DNA of 64,000 nt from an uncultured delta proteobacterium (lineage in GTDB: Bacteria > Myxococcota > Myxococcia > Myxococcales > Myxococcaceae). The translations under genes and the position numbers were made by a program. Each line of letters begins with the position of its first letter. Position 1 is the first letter of the stretch. The stretch is taken from NCBI GenBank assembly GCA_963771175.1, contig CAVYSY010000001.1, positions 192,001 through 256,000 on the forward strand, written 5' to 3'. Below, one piece after another: positions 57,714 through 64,000 of this stretch. The notes under the pieces were generated by a model that was given only the letters and a program-made list of their open reading frames with translations, was not told where the DNA came from and did no database searches.

Positions 57714-58559
57714 CTAGAGCTTCAGGGTGTCCCGCTCCACGGCGGCGATCACCTCGGGACGGTGCTTGCGCACCTCCTCCACGAAGCGATCCATCGCATC
57801 GTCGTCGCGCGTCGGCTCGTGGTGGAAGAGCACCAGCGTCTTCACCTTCGCCTCGTCGGCCGTCTCGCACCGCGCGCCTCCCAGGTGGAGTGGCCCCAGC
57901 CGACCTTCGAGGCGCCCACGCGGCCGTCGTACTCGTCCTCGGTGTACATCGCGTCGTAGATGAGGACGTCCGCGTCCCGCGGCGAACTCGACCAGGTCCT
58001 TGTCCCGGTCGCAGCCGTGCTCGACGTCCGTGGCGTACACCACCGACTTGCCGCCGAACTCCACCCGGTAGCCCAGGTTGCCGCCCGGGTGGTTCAGCTC
58101 GAGTCGTGCGCGATCCTCGCCGGACCCAGCTCCAGCTCCTGTCCCGAGCGCAGCGCCTCGTAGGTCGAGCTGGGCGCGGAAGATCAGCTCCGCGGTCACC
58201 GGGAAGTAGGGCTGCATCATCTGCCCCGTCCAGCACCTCCTTCACCGAGCGCCCGTCCGCGGCCGCGCCGTAGACCGTGAAGGCGTGCTTGCGCGGATCG
58301 AAGATGGGCGTGAAGAACGGCAGCCCCTGCAGGTGATCGTAGTGGTAGTGCGAGAGGAAGATGGACGCACGCGCCGGTCCGCCCGCCGCGCAGGCAGCTC
58401 GTCGCCCAGCACACGCACGCCGGAGCCCAGGTCGAAGATGAGCAGCTCGTCGCCGCAGCGCACCTCGACGCAGGGCGTGTTGCCCCCGTAGCGCTGCGTC
58501 TTCGGTCCCGGGGCAGGGATCGAGCCGCGCACTCCCCAGAAACGAACCTGGAAGGGCAC
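57714..58559 (-). CDS. MBL-fold metallo-hydrolase (RNase Z/phosphodiesterase-like, frameshifted)
   Basis: [41 protein letters not shown]. Confidence 0.85.
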
Positions 58560-58590
58560 GCTCGCCGGCGTCCCTCCTGCTTGCTCGTCG

Positions 58591-59263
58591 TCAGCCGACC
58601 TTCGCTTCCGTGTCGTCGTCGTCCTCGGCGAAGAGCTCAATGAGGTGCCCCGTCCGCTCGCGCTTCGTCCTCAGGTACTCGACGTTATGCGGATTGTGCT
58701 CAGTACGCGAGGGAATGCGTCGCCGCACGGGGATTCCCTCTTCCACCAGGCCCGCAATCTTCAGCGGGTTGTTGGTGATCAGGTCCACCGACCGCACGTC
58801 CCAGGGTGCGCAGCATCTCGGCCGCGACGTCGTAGCTGCGCAGGTCGTCCGGGAAGCCCAGCTGCCGGTTGGCCTCGTAGGTGTCCAGGCCCTGGGCCTG
58901 CAGCGCGTAGGCCTTGATCTTGTTGCCCAGGCCGATGCCCCGGCCCTCCTGCCGCAGGTAGAGCACCACGCCGCACCCATTCTGGGCGACGAAGTCCAGC
59001 GCGCGGTCGAGCTGCTCGCGGCAGTCGCACTTCAGGCTGCCGAACACCTCGCTGGTCAGGCACTCGGAGTGGACGCGGACCGGCACGCCCTCCTGCCCCT
59101 GGACGTCGCCCATCACCAGCGCCACGTGCTCTCGCCCGTTGCGCTTGTCGCGGAAGACGACCGTGCGCAGCACCCCTCGGGGGGTCGGCACGTCCGCTTC
59201 GGAGAACTTCTCCAGGAGAGAAGAGGTCTTTCGGGCCGGGAGAACCTGGGGTGTATCGGACAT
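58591..59263 (-). CDS. ribA: GTP cyclohydrolase II (frameshift ~58800)
   Basis: [26 protein letters not shown]. Confidence 0.94.
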
Positions 59264-59330
59264 GATGATCCCTTCTCTCGCACAACATCTGGGCGGCACA
59301 AGTTGGATGCGAACCGCCGGAGTTCGTTCT

Positions 59331-60557
59331 TCATGCCCTCCAGGACAGAGGAAGCAACTCCACTTTGTCTCCATTAGTTAATCTGCTGGCCGAAAGTGGA
59401 AAGTGGAGCAGGTGTGTGGCCGAGGCCGCCGAGCGCAGCACTCCCGACGTCTGGGTGGACAAGGGCCTGGCCCACAGCTCGCCGTCCTCCCAGGTGGCCG
59501 TCACCCGGATGTAGTGGGCCAGCCCGGGGGCCTTCTTCAGCTCGCCCGCCAGCCGGCCGCCCACGCTCGGTGGCTCCACGTCCGGGTGCCCCAGCATGCG
59601 GCGCAGCGCCGGGCGGACGAAGAGCTCGAAGGTGACGAGCGAGGAGGTGGGGTTGCCCGGCAGCCCGAAGTAGACGGTGCTCCCCTTGCGCCCCACCGCC
59701 AGCGGCTTGCCCGGCTTGATGGCCACACGCCAGAAGTCCTGCTCGACGCCCAGCCTCGCAAGGGCCTCGCGTACGAAGTCGTGTTCGCCCACGGACATGC
59801 CCGCGCTCGTCAGCACCAGATCGTAACCCTCGGCCGCCGCGAGGTGCGCGGAGACGTCCTCCAGCGTGTCCCGGGCGATGCCCAGCACCGAGGGCACTCC
59901 GCCCGCGCGCAGCACGGCCAGGGAGAGGGCGGGGGCGTTGGCGTCCACGATGTGGCCCTCGGCGGGCGCATCCGCCCGGCACAATTCGTCGCCGGTGGAG
60001 AGGATGGCCACCCGGGGGCGGCGCGGCACCGGCACCGACAGCATCCCCTGGCTCACCAGCAGCCCCAGCTCCGGAATTCCCAGCGGCGTGCCCCGCGCCA
60101 GCAGCACCTCGCCCTCCCGCGCGTCCTCGCCCCGGGGCCGTACGAAGTTCCCCGGCCCCACCGGTTCCAGGATGTCCACCTCGCTCCCGTCGGGCTCCAG
60201 CCGCGTCCGCTCGCGCATCACCACCGCGTCCGCTCCCGCCGGCAGCGGGGCGCCCGTCATGATCCGCGCGCAGGTGCCCGATCGGACCTCCTCGCGGGGC
60301 GTCTGGCCGGCGTAGATCGTCTCCCGCACCTGGAGGCGGATGGGCGGCGGGCCCGAGAGATCGGCGCTGCGCACCGCGAAGCCATCCATGGCCGAGTTGT
60401 CCCAGGGCGGCAGGGTGCGTTGCGCGCGGACGTCCACCGCCAGGGCGCGCCCGAGGGCCTCCTCCAGCCGCACCCACTCCAGCGGCAGGGGAGCGGTCAG
60501 GGCGAGCGTGCGAGCACGCGCATCCTCCACGGGTAGCAGAGCGGCTTCTTCCTTCAT
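59331..60557 (-). CDS. moeA: Molybdopterin molybdotransferase MoeA
   Basis: [31 protein letters not shown]. Confidence 0.94.
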   Translation of the reverse strand: MKEEAALLPVEDARARTLALTAPLPLEWVRLEEALGRALAVDVRAQRTLPPWDNSAMDGFAVRSADLSGPPPIRLQVRETIYAGQTPREEVRSGTCARIMTGAPLPAGADAVVMRERTRLEPDGSEVDILEPVGPGNFVRPRGEDAREGEVLLARGTPLGIPELGLLVSQGMLSVPVPRRPRVAILSTGDELCRADAPAEGHIVDANAPALSLAVLRAGGVPSVLGIARDTLEDVSAHLAAAEGYDLVLTSAGMSVGEHDFVREALARLGVEQDFWRVAIKPGKPLAVGRKGSTVYFGLPGNPTSSLVTFELFVRPALRRMLGHPDVEPPSVGGRLAGELKKAPGLAHYIRVTATWEDGELWARPLSTQTSGVLRSAASATHLLHFPLSASRLTNGDKVELLPLSWRA

Positions 60558-60793
60558 GGGTCGGGCTCCCTCGGGATGATCTCCCAGGACAGATTGGCGT
60601 TGCCCCGGGCGAAGCGAAACAGGCGTGTAGCGACGGGTTGTTTTTGGGATCAAAGTCCCTAGGAATTTCAAGACTTTGTTTGACAGACCTGCTGATCATC
60701 GTTACAAGCCGTGGTGATCGCGAGACCCGATATCCGGTCGGGGGAATGCGCCAACCCGTTGAGATGACACGGGATTTCAAGGAGACAGCGTCG

Positions 60794-62200
60794 ATGGCCA
60801 AGCCCAGGTCCGGGGCCAAGAAGGCGACTCCCGCTGCGAAGAAGGTCAAGTCGACGAAACCGGGTGCTCTCAAGACCGCGTCCAAGCGTGTGGCCAAGGC
60901 GGCCGCGAAGCTGGCGACGAAGGCCGCCGGAGCCGCGAAGGCGGTGAAGAAGGTGGCGAAGGTCCAGAAGCCCGCGCCGACTCCCGCTGCCGCGAAGAAG
61001 ACCGCGGCTCCAGCGAAGGTCGCGGCGAAGAAGAGCGCCGCCCAGGTAAAGGTGAAGGAAGTGGCCGCCAAGGCGACGACCGCGGCCGCCAAGGCGACGA
61101 CCGTGGCCACCAAGGCGACGACCGTGGCCACCAAGGTCGCGGCGAAGGCGGTCACCAAGGTGAAGGAGGCCGCCTCCAAGGCGGCGGCCGTCGCGGTGCC
61201 GGCGGTCGAGAAGCCGAAGCCCCGCGCCACCAAGCTGCCCCCCGCGGGCGAGCCCCTCAACAAGCGCGACATGGAGCAGTTGCTCACCGCGGGTGCGGGC
61301 CGTGGCGTGACGGGGGAGGGCAGCCTCAAGGGTCGTCTGGTGGTGACGGATGGCATGCCGAACCTGGTGGTGATCGGCCGCGACAAGCGCGAGCTGACCT
61401 TCCTGCTCCAGGGGCCGGATCAAGAGGTGCTGCCGGCCTACATGGACCACAAGGTCTCCGTCAGCGGCCTCATCAAGAAGACCACCAACTACGGCGGCAC
61501 GGTGGACGTGCGGAAGTTCTCCGCCAAGAAGCCCGAGGTCGAGGAGCCCGTGGTGGTGCCCGCGGAGCCGGAGACGAAGCTGCGCTTCCTGTCTCCCGGC
61601 GAGGTGTCCCAGGTCAGCTCGGCCGGCATGGGCGCGGGGATGAAGGGCTTCGCCGCGCTGCGCGGCAACCTCGAGATGACGGGCGACGAGTTCGTGCTGG
61701 TGGTGTCCCACGGGGGTACCCGGCAGCAGGTGTCCTTCATCCTCGAGGGCAAGGGCGCCAAGGGGCTGCGCAAGTACCTGGGCCAGACGCTCATCGTCAC
61801 CGGCGTGGCGGACAAGTCCTCCGGCTGGGGTGGCCGCATCGAGGTGGAGAGCGTGGAGCCGCGCCCCGCCGAGTCCCGCCCCATGTCCCGCGAGGGCATG
61901 GAGAGCGTCCACGTGGAGGGCGAGCAGTCCACCCACGTCGAGGTGAAGCTCAACCACGCCTTCACCGTGCGGCTGCAGGAGCAGCCGGGCTTCACCTGGG
62001 CCATCGAGCCCACGGTGGCCAAGCGTGTGGGCCTGCGAGAGGCCAACTTCGAGCCGGGCCCCGACGGCCAGGCCACCCGCGAGTTCTTCTTCGTGCCGCG
62101 CAACCCCGGCGCCACGGAGATCGAGTTCTTCCTGGCCAAGGCCTTCAACCCGGGCCAGGTGGAGCGCTCGTTCAAGCTCAATGTGACGGTCAAGCCTTGA
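60794..62200 (+). CDS. Lys/Ala-rich (histone H1-like) protein with C-terminal chagasin/I42-like domain
   Basis: About 140-aa AKK/PAA-rich N-terminus, two similar beta modules, then VRLQEQPGFTW..PG.TEIEF..FKLNVTV. Confidence 0.7.
   Translation: MAKPRSGAKKATPAAKKVKSTKPGALKTASKRVAKAAAKLATKAAGAAKAVKKVAKVQKPAPTPAAAKKTAAPAKVAAKKSAAQVKVKEVAAKATTAAAKATTVATKATTVATKVAAKAVTKVKEAASKAAAVAVPAVEKPKPRATKLPPAGEPLNKRDMEQLLTAGAGRGVTGEGSLKGRLVVTDGMPNLVVIGRDKRELTFLLQGPDQEVLPAYMDHKVSVSGLIKKTTNYGGTVDVRKFSAKKPEVEEPVVVPAEPETKLRFLSPGEVSQVSSAGMGAGMKGFAALRGNLEMTGDEFVLVVSHGGTRQQVSFILEGKGAKGLRKYLGQTLIVTGVADKSSGWGGRIEVESVEPRPAESRPMSREGMESVHVEGEQSTHVEVKLNHAFTVRLQEQPGFTWAIEPTVAKRVGLREANFEPGPDGQATREFFFVPRNPGATEIEFFLAKAFNPGQVERSFKLNVTVKP
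61061..61136 (+). repeat. 21-bp tandem repeat x3.6 (VA(A/T)KATT)
   Basis: G(T/C)GGCC(G/A)CCAAGGCGACGACC units starting at 61061, 61082, 61103 and 61124. Confidence 0.85.
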
Positions 62201-62318
62201 GGGCCTGCCTGGCTCTTCGAAGCCAGGACGTCACCTTCTCCCGCCCGGGGGTCCCCAGTGGGACCTTCCGGGCTTACTTTTTTCAGGGCCCGTTGGGCTC
62301 CCTCCGCTGGGACCTCTC

Positions 62319-64000
62319 GTGACCGAACTTCCTCAGAGATCTGAAGCGTCATCTGGCCGAGTCCAAGCACCCGCTTGGGGTGAAAGAGCTTCTCAAGCTC
62401 ACCGGCCTGCACCCTGGGCAGCAGACCCAGATCAAGCGCGTTCTCCGGGACATGGTCCGCCGGGGCGAGTTGCTCAAGGAGGGCAAGCGCTTCTTCCTGC
62501 GGAGCGAGCGGCCATCCCCGAACCGGGGCGAGGGTGATGGGCGGGGGCCTCCTCCCCACGTCCGGCGCCGGCCCGGACCCGAGGAAGCGGCTCCCGGGAG
62601 CTCGCCGGGGCCCGAGCGCGAGGAGCGCCGGTTCGGTGGCCCGAGCGAGGGCACCCGCGAGGAATCCCGTCCCGCGCCGGACGCGCGCTTCGCACCGCGG
62701 GGCCGTTTCGCGCGGGAGGAGCGTCCCGAGCCTCGGGGTCGCTTCGTGCGCGAGGGACGCGTGGAGACCGGTGGCCGTGCCCAGGGACCTGGTGCCGAGC
62801 CTCGTGGCCCCGAGCCTCGTGGCCCCGAGCCTCGTGGCCCCGAGCCTCGTGGCCCTGGTGCCGAGCAGCCCCGGGGGCGTTTCGCCCGGCAGGTGAGGCC
62901 CGGTGGAGAGCGCTTCGAGTCGCGAGGCCCCCAGCAGCCGGGTGGGCGTCCTGGCCAGCAGCAGCGGCCCGGTGGCGGTCGCGTCGAGGTGCGCGGCCCC
63001 GAGCCCCGAGGTCGCTTCGCCCGGGACGAGCGCCGGCCCGGTGGCGGTCGCGTCGAGCAGGATCGTCGCTCCGGACGCGGGGGACGTTTCGCGCGGGAGG
63101 AGCGCTTCGAGCCGCGCGGCCGTGGAGGCCGGCGCGGGGCGGAGCAGGGGCAGGAGACCCTCACCGTCGAGGGCATCCTCCACGTCCACCGCGACGGCTA
63201 CGGCTTCGTCCACCCCAGCTCCGGCGAGGGGGACAACATCTTCCTGCCGCCCCAAGAGGCCGCGCGGGCGCTCGACAATGACCGCGTCGTCGTGGAGGCC
63301 TGGGGTCGTCCCGGCCGCATGGAAGGGCGTCTGCTCAGCGTGCGCGATCGCGTGCGGCAGCTCGCCGTGGGCACCTACATGGAGCGCGGCCGGCGCGAGG
63401 CCCTGGTCGTTCCCCACGACAAGAACCTCCAGACGCAGGGCCCCATCCGCGTCCCGCCCTCTCAGATGGCTCGTGACGGGGACGTGGTGAAGGTGCGACT
63501 GGGCATTGGCGCGGAGCTGCTGGAGCCCGGCGAGGGCCTCTACGGCGAGGTCGCCGGCTCCATTGGCAAGCCCGGAGACCCGAGCACCGAGGTGCTCTCC
63601 ATCGCCTACTCGCAGGGCTTCTCCGACGAGTTCCCGCCCGAGGTCATGGACGAGGCGGATCGCATCCGCACGGTGGTGAGCGAGGAGGAGGCCCGCGCCG
63701 AGGGCCGCCGCGACTTGCGGGAGATGGCGCTCGTCACCATCGACGGCGAGGACGCCCGCGACTTCGACGACGCCGTCTACGCGGAGCGGCACCCGCGGGG
63801 CTGGCGGCTGGTGGTGGCCATCGCCGACGTGACGCACTACGTCCGCGAGCACACGCCGCTCAACGCCGAGGCCCTGCGCCGCGCCACCTCCGTCTACCTG
63901 CCGGACCGGGTGCTGCCCATGCTCCCCGAGCGGCTCAGCAACGGCATCTGCTCGCTGCGTCCCGACGAGGACCGGCTGTGCATGGTGGCCGACATGGTGC
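62319..64000 (+). CDS. rnr: Ribonuclease R, partial (runs off the window; probable indel near the start)
   Basis: Manual translation of the frame from 62341: HTH (HPLGVKELLKL), RG-rich insert, HRDGYGF cold-shock domain, TIDGEDARDFDDA, RATSVYLPD..PMLPE.LSNG.CSL. Confidence 0.92.
62797..62856 (+). repeat. 15-bp tandem repeat x4 (EPRGP)
   Basis: GAGCCTCGTGGCCC(C/T) x4 inside rnr. Confidence 0.9.

Noticed and set aside
59264..59330. FMN riboswitch upstream of ribA
   Set aside because: The gap is only ~67 bp and lacks RFN consensus elements.
61061..62856. Tandem repeats as a possible CRISPR array
   Set aside because: Units are 15 and 21 bp, directly adjacent with no spacers, in frame within coding regions; no cas genes are present.
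61489..63852. 787-aa minus-strand ORF and similar long antisense ORFs (1923-3611, 27099-28874, 48024-50162, 59374-61386)
   Set aside because: Shadow ORFs of high-GC coding strands; they overlap well-supported genes on the opposite strand and have no motifs.

Overview
High-GC myxobacterial chromosome segment (probably Archangium/Cystobacter-like, inferred from gene content and order resembling the Myxococcus xanthus thiC-his-nmpRSTU region). Many genes, including housekeeping ones, carry single-base indels typical of an unpolished long-read assembly, so several CDSs below are stitched across frames. The left ~21 kb is accessory: a TetR-controlled Baeyer-Villiger monooxygenase operon with a perfect 20-bp operator; a four-gene DyP-peroxidase operon whose flavoprotein lacks the redox cysteines, next to an IS630 scar; and a sulfane-sulfur locus (persulfide dioxygenase remnant, rhodanese, TauE, two YeeE) with twin divergent promoter motifs beside an ECF sigma factor fused to a zinc-binding anti-sigma domain. 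The middle holds an O2-sensing globin-coupled kinase cascade (NmpRSTU/AfGcHK-like) with two sigma54 promoters and tandem enhancer boxes, a TPP riboswitch-thiC unit, moaA, an HD-GYP regulator, thiO and a complete his operon preceded by a His-rich leader peptide and terminator (attenuator). The right part holds an MBL hydrolase, a P450, a divergent RNB nuclease, lpdA/lipA/E2/lipB-Nudix, ribA, moeA, a histone-H1-like/I42 protein and the start of an RNase R with a ~220-aa RG-rich insert. The best candidates for undescribed biology are the ECF-ZAS sulfur regulon, the DyP operon and the his attenuator.
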